A stretch of DNA of 25,104 bases from a virus. Lineage: Duplodnaviria > Caudoviricetes. Location: IMG/VR virus record IMGVR_UViG_3300037851_000996, positions 1 to 25,104 of that record, one strand, 5' to 3'. The position numbers and the translations under genes are program-made. The notes below the pieces were generated by a model. It was not told the DNA's origin and did not search any database. It saw only the letters and a program-made list of their open reading frames with translations. Below, in pieces: positions 1 to 8,118 of this stretch (positions are counted from its first letter, which is position 1; every line of letters begins with the position of its first letter).

Positions 1-738
1 CCCGTCGATCGCCGCCACCGCCGCTTCCGACAGCGTCCGGTCCGCCATGAACGCAAACACCCCCTGCCGAAACTCCCACGCCTCCGTCGGCAGCTCTTCC
101 TCCGGCGCCGTCAGCGCCTGGCTCAGCGGCACCTGCACCCCCTCCACGTCAATGAATGGCTGAAAGGGATGCGCCGTCGGCAAGTCCAATTGCAGCCGCG
201 CCACCCGCTCCGCCGCCATCATCCAACGGTAGGCCGTGCGAAGCGCGAACCCGTGCGATTCCACCCAAAGCCCGAATTTGTCGCTCGGTAAGGTATGTTT
301 ACCGTGCCTTATAACATCATTAGTTCTACCCGTGCCACTGTGAGAAGGGTAAACCTTATCTACCGCCCCGCTGCCGATAATGCTGGCTAATAGCGTCTGC
401 CGGTACTCAATCAGCAACAACCCCGCGATCACCGCCTTCACCGCGTAATCCCTCTCCGCCCCCAGCGCCGCCCGGCACGCCGCCAATACCCGGGCTTCCC
501 CATCCTCCCGGAGGGACGGGCCCTGCGAGTCCCCATTCCCATTTCCGTGTGTTCGGTGTATTCCGTGGTTTTCTTCCCCCGCCCACTCCGTGCATCCTTC
601 CTGTGGATTCCGCGCCCGCCGCCCCGGGTTCTTGCACGGCTCCCGCTTGCAGCTCCCGCACACCCCTATCCGGTTCCCTGCCCCCTGGCTCCTGGTTCCT
701 GTCTCCTGACTCCTGACGTCTTTCACAATCGCTTTCAT
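1..738 (-). CDS. DUF3102-like phage DNA-binding protein, 3'-truncated by the window edge (absent from the ORF track)
   Basis: Hand translation from ATG 738 is open to base 1: MKAIVKDV...AVIAGLLLIEYRQ...HGKHTLPSDKFGLWVESHGFALRTAYRWMMAAERV..., resembling the DUF3102 pattern G..L.E....F..W.E......RTA.R.M. G-ending codons match the other minus-strand genes. Confidence 0.75.
   Translation of the reverse strand, partial: MKAIVKDVRSQETGTRSQGAGNRIGVCGSCKREPCKNPGRRARNPQEGCTEWAGEENHGIHRTHGNGNGDSQGPSLREDGEARVLAACRAALGAERDYAVKAVIAGLLLIEYRQTLLASIIGSGAVDKVYPSHSGTGRTNDVIRHGKHTLPSDKFGLWVESHGFALRTAYRWMMAAERVARLQLDLPTAHPFQPFIDVEGVQVPLSQALTAPEEELPTEAWEFRQGVFAFMADRTLSEAAVAAIDG
318..360. promoter_or_regulatory. 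43-bp dyad site (copy A) inside the DUF3102-like gene
   Basis: CATTAG-TTC-TACCCGTGCC-ACTGT-GAGAAGGGTA-AAC-CTTATC, with the same 6-3-10-5-10-3-6 layout as the sites at 2893 and 2950. Confidence 0.65.
543..717 (+). repeat. Short tandem arrays (TTCCGTGTR 9-mer at 543-570; CTCCTGN 7-mer at 675-717) inside the DUF3102-like gene
   Basis: Directly visible; translated as NHGIHRTHG and VRSQETGTRSQG. Confidence 0.8.
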
Positions 739-762
739 AATGGTGGTTACTTAGGTTGGTGG

Positions 763-1080
763 TTATGACTGAGGGCGAGTATCTGGAGGCGGCGCTTGAG
801 CGCCTGCGCAGTGAATTACGACATGAACTTGCACGGCTGGAGCAGTATGTGAAGCGGCTGGACAATGACCTGCGAGAGGTTCATCGAGCATTGGGGCGGC
901 TAGAGGTCCAGCCTGGGGGCTCTCGAGAAACCCCTCGACCCGCCCCAAATGGTACGCGGCCCGGTGAAGATCATGCGAGCAATCGGAAGGCAGGGTGACC
1001 TGGGCGAGCATGCCCTGGCACGCCCGTATCGTGCGCAGACTCTCCTGGTGCTGCTTGCTGGCGGATTGGTTCGTTTTCAT
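763..1080 (-). CDS. Hypothetical protein (105 aa), early operon
   Basis: ATG 1080, collinear with the flanking minus-strand genes; no motif recognised. Confidence 0.5.
   Translation of the reverse strand: MKTNQSASKQHQESLRTIRACQGMLAQVTLPSDCSHDLHRAAYHLGRVEGFLESPQAGPLAAPMLDEPLAGHCPAASHTAPAVQVHVVIHCAGAQAPPPDTRPQS
765..998 (+). CDS. Small coiled-coil protein, antisense to 763..1080
   Basis: MTEGEYLEAALERLRSELRHELARLEQYVKRLDNDLREVHRALGRLEV shows a heptad pattern. Confidence 0.4.
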   Translation: MTEGEYLEAALERLRSELRHELARLEQYVKRLDNDLREVHRALGRLEVQPGGSRETPRPAPNGTRPGEDHASNRKAG

Positions 1081-1110
1081 CCTTTAGCCTTTAGCCTTCA
1101 TCCTTTGCCC

Positions 1111-1281
1111 TTAATTGTCCTGCGGCCTCGGCTGCTCCACCGCCAGCTTCACACTCAGCCCCGCCAACTCCAACACCGCGATGTGCACCTCCAGCGTCTC
1201 CCGCACCGCCATCTGCGCCCAGTAATGCTCCAGCTCCTTCCGCGTCGGGAATACCGGTATCTTCACAATCAGCGTCTTCAT
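1111..1281 (-). CDS. Hypothetical protein (56 aa, below the ORF-track cut-off)
   Basis: MKTLIVKIPVFPTRKELEHYWAQMAVRETLEVHIAVLELAGLSVKLAVEQPRPQDN*; almost all codons end in G like neighbouring genes; AAGGA lies upstream. Confidence 0.7.
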   Translation of the reverse strand: MKTLIVKIPVFPTRKELEHYWAQMAVRETLEVHIAVLELAGLSVKLAVEQPRPQDN

Positions 1282-1326
1282 GGTTCCTTGCTCCGTTTTC
1301 GTGTGTTCTGTTTCGTGGTCACGTGG

Positions 1327-1950
1327 TCATTCCAGCTCCGGAAACGGTGTGTCCTCGCGAGTCACCGGTACCGCGGCGGTACCGCCAAACAGCAAAAATT
1401 GGGCGTCCGGTTCGCTCTTAAAATTTAGCTCGGCGCCCTCCTCACCCGCGCTCGCGCTCGCGCTCGCCACCACCGCCGGGTCCGCCCCATCCAGCCCGTT
1501 GCACGCCTTGATGATCTCCCCCGCCCGCCGGATGCTCTCCCGCGCCGCCTTGAACCGCACCTTCCATTGGCCGCTGTTCGGGTTCACCGCGTAGGTCGGC
1601 CCCTCCCGGTCCACGCTAATCACGTTCATCTCCGCCAACCCGCGCAGCGCCACCAGCACGTGGCTCTTCGCAATCCCGGTCATGTCCGTGAACAGCGCCA
1701 TGCGCGGAATCCGCACGGACGGTTTCCCCAGCGCAAACGAATATTCGAGGATCACCTCAGCCAGCAACCGCTCCCGTTCATGCAGCGCATGCCGTCTCAG
1801 TTCCTTGCGCAGATACCGCTCCGCTTGCGCCAATTGCTGCCGCTCGCATTTCTTCGCGAGGTTCGGATCCCCGTTGCTCACCGGCACCGCCGGCACTACC
1901 GGCGCCCCTGACTCAGTTGTGGTTAATGGCTCGCCTTCCTTCGGTTCCAT
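1327..1950 (-). CDS. Winged-helix protein resembling the N-terminal DNA-binding domain of lambda replication protein O
   Basis: LHERERLLAEVILEYSFALGKPSVRI...FTDMTGIAKSHVLVALRGLAEMNVISVD...YAVNPNSGQW parallels the O-protein pattern L..RQ..VL..I...T.G.NK....I....L...T.......A...L..MNII......N.....W. Confidence 0.6.
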   Translation of the reverse strand: MEPKEGEPLTTTESGAPVVPAVPVSNGDPNLAKKCERQQLAQAERYLRKELRRHALHERERLLAEVILEYSFALGKPSVRIPRMALFTDMTGIAKSHVLVALRGLAEMNVISVDREGPTYAVNPNSGQWKVRFKAARESIRRAGEIIKACNGLDGADPAVVASASASAGEEGAELNFKSEPDAQFLLFGGTAAVPVTREDTPFPELE

Positions 1951-1996
1951 GTTGGGTGGTCATTTTGGTGGTTAGGTGGTGGTTTGGTGGTTCACC

Positions 1997-2179
1997 CTAC
2001 TCCTGCACGGTCCGTTGAAACTCCCGGTAGCGCCGCATCAAACTCCGGCTCTCCCGATCCCCCTCCAGCACCCGCCACAAGTGCTCCCGGCTCACCCCTA
2101 GCGTAAATGCCGCACGGCAAATGCCCGGGTACTTCGTCCTCCGTTTTGGCTCGCTTTTTTTCCTAGTTACGCGCAACAT
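1997..2179 (-). CDS. Small basic Cro/Ner-like HTH regulator
   Basis: GICRAAFTLGVSREHLWRVLEGDRES is an HTH signature. It is the first gene of the early operon; start 2179 was chosen from promoter spacing (2188 and 2206 are alternatives). Confidence 0.7.
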   Translation of the reverse strand: MLRVTRKKSEPKRRTKYPGICRAAFTLGVSREHLWRVLEGDRESRSLMRRYREFQRTVQE

Positions 2180-2260
2180 TGACAGCATTAAATTACAGTT
2201 TTCCATAAACTGTCAACACCTTTCTTGATCTTTTTTTTATGCCGTATAAACTCGGGACGA
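2179..2260. promoter_or_regulatory. Divergent sigma70-like promoters and operator of the genetic switch
   Basis: Minus strand: TTGACA (2216-2211), 18 nt, TTTAAT. Plus strand: TTGATC (2225-2230), 16 nt, TAAACT (2247-2252). Inverted repeat TTGACAG (2179-2185) / CTGTCAA (2210-2216). Confidence 0.55.
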
Positions 2261-2740
2261 ATGAGCCATTCCAGGGCCAGCGACCAGGCAATCGAGGCGT
2301 TCAGCGCCCCCCGCTCATTGCTCGCCCAGGCCAAGGCCCGCGCCAGGCAGCTCGGTATGTTCAAGTCCGGCTTTTACCGGTACTGCCTCGCCAAGGAACT
2401 CGGCTATTCCGAGGCTGACGCCCGCGAACTCGCTCTTCATGGTGCCGTCAGCCGCGCCTTCGGCGCCACGAGCCGCCGGGCGCCGGCGTTGCCCAAGTAC
2501 CCCCGCCAGCCTTCCCCGCAATCCACCCTCAACGATGCCGCCCCGCCTAGTTCAGCGCCGCCTTCCGACGAGGCAAGTGCCTTAATACTGACGGCCGAGG
2601 CTGTGGTTGACGGTCAGCACGAAGAACGCCCACCGAAATCCGAAGCTGGTGGGCCCAGCGTTCAAAAACCCGGGCCATCTCCAGCCGCTTCGAAATCGAC
2701 CACAAAGCGGCGTGCTGCTGGAGGGAGGGCTCCAAAGTGA
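2261..2740 (+). CDS. Ribbon-helix-helix (CopG/Arc-like) regulator with a disordered C-terminus; candidate repressor
   Basis: IEAFSAPRSLLAQAKARARQLGMFKSGFYRYCLAKEL fits strand-helix-G-helix; the gene is divergent from the Cro-like gene. Confidence 0.6.
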   Translation: MSHSRASDQAIEAFSAPRSLLAQAKARARQLGMFKSGFYRYCLAKELGYSEADARELALHGAVSRAFGATSRRAPALPKYPRQPSPQSTLNDAAPPSSAPPSDEASALILTAEAVVDGQHEERPPKSEAGGPSVQKPGPSPAASKSTTKRRAAGGRAPK

Positions 2741-2780
2741 CTCTGGCCCGTTTAGCCCGTGCGCAATCTGAGTTTTGCAT
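2547..2780 (-). CDS. Hypothetical basic protein antisense to the regulator C-terminus
   Basis: MQNSDCARAKRARVTLEPSLQQHAALWSISKRLEMARVFERWAHQLRISV...; helical-looking, preceded by an AT-rich region. Confidence 0.35.
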   Translation of the reverse strand: MQNSDCARAKRARVTLEPSLQQHAALWSISKRLEMARVFERWAHQLRISVGVLRADRQPQPRPSVLRHLPRRKAALN

Positions 2781-2892
2781 GCCCCCGATTCTCCCTGGTG
2801 GGGTTGGACAACCGCAGTCCAACCCTCAAAATACTTGGAAAAAGTTATTCACAGCCTGCTCACCGACCACACCTAATACTGTTCTCGTGGTG

Positions 2893-2992
2893 CATTAGAT
2901 CCACCCTTCTCACCGCGAGAAGGGTGCCCCTAATGATTGCCAAAAGATAGATTAGCTCCACCCGTGCCACAGTGGCACGATGGACGAAATCA
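2893..2992. promoter_or_regulatory. Two tandem 43-bp dyad sites (copy B 2893-2935, copy C 2950-2992)
   Basis: B: CATTAG-ATC-CACCCTTCTC-ACCGC-GAGAAGGGTG-CCC-CTAATG. C: GATTAG-CTC-CACCCGTGCC-ACAGT-GGCACGATGG-ACG-AAATCA, with a perfect CGTGCCAC-A-GTGGCACG core. Confidence 0.7.
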
Positions 2993-3113
2993 GCCTTTTT
3001 TGATGATTTAGTGATGTCATAACACCCCTTTTCCTCCTCGCCTCTTGCCCTCTTGGCGTCTTGGCGTGATTATCCTCCCCCGGTCCCCTGTCTCCTGTCT
3101 CCTGCCCCCTGCC

Positions 3114-3620
3114 TTATCCTGTCCTTGTCCCCGCCTGCCTCTCCATCACCCTTCGCGCGGCGTTCCCAATCAGCCGCTCCGCCGCCGCCGTCAGCTTCCC
3201 GTCCAGCACCGGGAAAAACGGCCGCGCCGGCATCGTCACGCTCCGCGCGAACACCCGCTTCCCATCCGCCCCCACCCACGTCAAAACCCTCGATTTCTTC
3301 GGCTTAATCTTCCCCCCAAACTGGTGAATCGGTGCATACACCATCGGGTTGCTCACCCGCGCGTACGTGTTCGTCACCTCCAGCCGAAAGCTCTTCGCCA
3401 GCGTCGTTGACTTCTGCAAATTGCTCGGCGTCCCGTCCCGCTTCGCCCGCCACGGCGCCGGCCGATACTGCGCCCCCACCGAATTAAAGTTCCCCTCCGT
3501 GATCGACTTGAACGTTGTCCCCATCGCCCGCAGCACCGCCGCCGGCCGCGCCGCTCCCCGCGCCAGCCGCGAGAGGGCAGGGGAGATGTCATTCCGCGTG
3601 ATCTTCAGTGTCAGGGCCAT
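3114..3620 (-). CDS. Virion morphogenesis protein (Mu gpG/gp31-like)
   Basis: Motifs NF...G....P..W, YAPIHQFGG and VTMPARPFFP; lies downstream of MuF. Confidence 0.9.
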   Translation of the reverse strand: MALTLKITRNDISPALSRLARGAARPAAVLRAMGTTFKSITEGNFNSVGAQYRPAPWRAKRDGTPSNLQKSTTLAKSFRLEVTNTYARVSNPMVYAPIHQFGGKIKPKKSRVLTWVGADGKRVFARSVTMPARPFFPVLDGKLTAAAERLIGNAARRVMERQAGTRTG

Positions 3621-3649
3621 AAAATAGCAAAGGCAGCCTTGCGGCTGCC
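3621..3649 (-). terminator. Intrinsic terminator-like hairpin between the MuF cassette and gpG
   Basis: Minus strand reads GGCAGCC-GCAA-GGCTGCC followed by TTTGCTATTTT. Confidence 0.55.
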
Positions 3650-3677
3650 CCCCTTAGTTACCTTCGTTGCCTTCTGT

Positions 3678-3845
3678 TTAATTCTCCGGCTCCGGATTCG
3701 GATTCGTGCCATGCTCGGCCCACTCATCGTTCATGATCAAGGTGCCGTCGGGCTCGCAGATTTGTTGTTCCCACCAAGCTTGCAGCTCCTCGTCAGATAA
3801 TCCCGGAGGCGGCCGAAGGTTGAGCAGTTGTTCCTGCGTGAGCAT
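3678..3845 (-). CDS. Small acidic protein (55 aa) coupled to MuF; candidate immunity or partner protein
   Basis: ATG overlaps the MuF stop (TAATG); MLTQEQLLNLRPPPGLSDEELQAWWEQQICEPDGTLIMNDEWAEHGTNPNPEPEN*. Confidence 0.6.
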   Translation of the reverse strand: MLTQEQLLNLRPPPGLSDEELQAWWEQQICEPDGTLIMNDEWAEHGTNPNPEPEN

Positions 3846-5281
3846 TACGAGACAACGTAGTTCAGTCCGTTTTCGGTGGCAACCGTTTTCCAGACGGCAT
3901 GCGCATTAGATTGCACCAGCCCCTTCGGAGCGAGTCTTTGGACAGCCCGCAGAATGTTCTCCAGATTGCGCTTGTCCAGCCGCCGCGAGCCGGGCCGGAG
4001 GGAGAAAGAATTTTGGGCGGTTACGATCCTGAGTTCAGCGAGCTCGTAAGTGCATGCGGTGATCACGTCTTTGAGGGAGAACGGACCGCCATCGGGATGG
4101 TTATGAGTAACCACGCGGCCGCGTAGAAAACGGCGCTGCTCTGGCGGAATCCGGATGCGGCTGGCGTCGCCGTCAACAGCGAGGAGGACGTTGCCGTTAT
4201 TGTCGAAGACCAGGCAGCGTTCGTGGGGGAGCTTGAGCAGTTGCGCCTCGCCGGCATGTACGCTGGCGCGGGCGCGCGCGTTGAGGCCCTCGAGCTGCCG
4301 GTCCTGCCCGACCACCGCCGCCTGGATGGGACGCGGCTGCCCCGGAGCCGAAGCGAGGCCCTGGTCCCCGGCTTGCGCCTGGCGCTCGGCGATCCGCGCG
4401 GCCGTGACGCGGGAAATGCGCTCACGAGCGGCGCCGCTCGGGCGCGGCGCCCGCGACTGGCGCAACCAGTCCAGCAACGTCGTATTGCGGTCGAGTTGGG
4501 TGTTCTTGGCAAACCGGGTAAACCCCTCCCACACCTCCGGGTCATACCGCCGCTCCAGCTCCCCCAGCGGGATCCGCAAATCATCCGGATGCCACTCATA
4601 CGGCGTCCCATCCGTCCCCTTGTCCCGCGGCGGCCGCACATCATACCGCCTCCCATCCCGGTTCAGCGTCCCCTGCCTCAGCCCCTCCAGCGCCGGCCCC
4701 TCCATCACCAATCTATCCTCCGGACTTCTGCCTTCATCCCTTTGCCTTTCGTCTTCCACCAGGTCCGGGTTCATCGCCCGGATCCGGCACCGGCAGCCCC
4801 ACTCCCACGGCGGCGTATGCGTGTCCCAAAACGGATCCTCCTTCGGCAGCACCAGCCCGTTCAGCGCCAGGTGCGAATCCCGCACCTTATCATCCTCCGT
4901 CGCCAAATACTGAATATGCGTCGTGTCCTCGTCCAACTGCGCCGTCTCCCAGTTGCTCGCCTGGAACGCCTGAAACGCGTGCGTCCGAATCAGCAGCGTC
5001 GCCCGCCGCTCCGCCCCCGCTCCGAACCCCGCCGCGTCCAGTTCGTCCACGACCGACTGTTTCACCTTATCCCAGGTTCCTTCCTCGCCCCCCTGCGGCA
5101 GCCCCGCGATGGCGTCGCGAACCCGCTGCAGCGCCCGCGCGCCCTCGATGCCGCTCACCGTGAACGCGCGGCCCCGCAGCTCCGGCAGCAACCCGTAAAA
5201 CACCTCCGCCGCCACCGGCCGCTTCCCTCGAATCAGCGCGATCGCCTCCTCATGCGGCCTCGGTGCAAAATCCGTTTCCAT
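3845..5281 (-). CDS. Mu gpF/SPP1 gp7-family head morphogenesis protein with a C-terminal JAB/MPN-like domain
   Basis: YLATEDDKVRDSH.ALNG...DPFW....PP..WGCRCRI is the MuF signature; the C-terminus carries E...THNHPDGGPFSLKD. Confidence 0.9.
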   Translation of the reverse strand: METDFAPRPHEEAIALIRGKRPVAAEVFYGLLPELRGRAFTVSGIEGARALQRVRDAIAGLPQGGEEGTWDKVKQSVVDELDAAGFGAGAERRATLLIRTHAFQAFQASNWETAQLDEDTTHIQYLATEDDKVRDSHLALNGLVLPKEDPFWDTHTPPWEWGCRCRIRAMNPDLVEDERQRDEGRSPEDRLVMEGPALEGLRQGTLNRDGRRYDVRPPRDKGTDGTPYEWHPDDLRIPLGELERRYDPEVWEGFTRFAKNTQLDRNTTLLDWLRQSRAPRPSGAARERISRVTAARIAERQAQAGDQGLASAPGQPRPIQAAVVGQDRQLEGLNARARASVHAGEAQLLKLPHERCLVFDNNGNVLLAVDGDASRIRIPPEQRRFLRGRVVTHNHPDGGPFSLKDVITACTYELAELRIVTAQNSFSLRPGSRRLDKRNLENILRAVQRLAPKGLVQSNAHAVWKTVATENGLNYVVS

Positions 5282-5389
5282 GCCTTTACAGAAGCAAACA
5301 AAGATCAGTTCTTTGTTCCCTTCGTTGCCTTCTGTTCATTTGCGGTTTTCAGCCGTTCTCCCAATCCTGTCCATCCTGTTCATCCTGTC

Positions 5390-7141
<1,752 letters not shown>

Positions 7142-7197
7142 GTGTGCCTTTCGTCTTCGATCTCAAATCTCAAATCTGAAATTTCAAATTTCCTTCC

Positions 7198-7647
7198 TCA
7201 CTCCCCCGGCCTTATCCCCAGCGCCGACGCGACGGGGGCCGCCGGCGTCCCCACCGCGTTTGAAAAATCCGACTCCCCCCACCAGTTCGACGCCGTCAGC
7301 GCGTAGAACCTCACCCCCGGCTCCACCGGCAGCGTCACGCTCCGGTTCGTCCCGGGGACCACCGCCAGCACCGTCCAATTCGTCAGCGGCACCGTCATGT
7401 TCGTCGAGCTATACAACTTGAACACCAGCTCCGGGCTCACCTGGTTCGTCTCGTAATCCCACATCAACGTGATCTTCGTCGCCACCGGCTTCGGGCTCAC
7501 CCCCAACGCCGCCACCACCCCCATCACCAGCGCCAGCGCCAGGCCGACCGCCGGCACCCCGCGCAACCCTTTCCTCTGTGCTCTCGGTGCCCTCGGTGGC
7601 TGTTCACCCTCCGAATAACTTGATCTACCTTGATTCGTAGTGTTCAT
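7198..7647 (-). CDS. Exported or membrane-anchored fibronectin-type-III-like protein
   Basis: Hydrophobic segment VGLALALVMGVVAALG followed by ITLMWD...FKLY...RFYALTASNWWGESDFSN, matching the FN3 pattern (L.W; Y.v.A.N..GES..S). Confidence 0.7.
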   Translation of the reverse strand: MNTTNQGRSSYSEGEQPPRAPRAQRKGLRGVPAVGLALALVMGVVAALGVSPKPVATKITLMWDYETNQVSPELVFKLYSSTNMTVPLTNWTVLAVVPGTNRSVTLPVEPGVRFYALTASNWWGESDFSNAVGTPAAPVASALGIRPGE

Positions 7648-7688
7648 CGGTGTTGAGGAGAGTTGGTGGCGGTTTTTTGGTAACGAGA

Positions 7689-8117
7689 TTACGCGCGATG
7701 CCTTCCGCCGCACTTCGCGGATACCGCCATTGCGTTTTTCGGGGTAGGGCAAGGAAAACCACCGTCTTGGGGCTCCCGCGAGCTTATAGGGCATCCTAGC
7801 GCGGTTGTTACTATTCTCACGGCTTCCACCCCCCAACCCTTAACGGGCCGGCCGGATTTCATGGAGAGGTAGGCGAGTTGCGCCTCCACCTGGGTAATAC
7901 CGAAGTCCCGGCGAATACCCTCCACGGCTTCCCACTCAGAAAAGGCCATGCCTCGCCTCAGCTCAGGGCTGGCCGCGTGCAATGGGATGGGTCGGCTGTC
8001 TGGAGCCGAGGCGTACGGCCCGTTCTGAGTTCTGCGTCCTGCGCGGTTGAACCTTTTGGTGACCCGCTTCCGTTGCATGGTGCGGATGGCCTTGATTTGG
8101 CTGCTCGTGATTCCCAT
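7689..8117 (-). CDS. Hypothetical protein (142 aa) of atypical composition
   Basis: ATG lies 2 nt after the TerL stop; no motif recognised; lacks the C/G strand bias. Confidence 0.45.
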   Translation of the reverse strand: MGITSSQIKAIRTMQRKRVTKRFNRAGRRTQNGPYASAPDSRPIPLHAASPELRRGMAFSEWEAVEGIRRDFGITQVEAQLAYLSMKSGRPVKGWGVEAVRIVTTALGCPISSREPQDGGFPCPTPKNAMAVSAKCGGRHRA

Positions 8118-8118
8118 A

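Noticed and set aside
407-865. ORF-track protein 407..865 (-)
   Set aside because: The overlapping frame starting at 738 has the recognisable motif and the expected codon usage.
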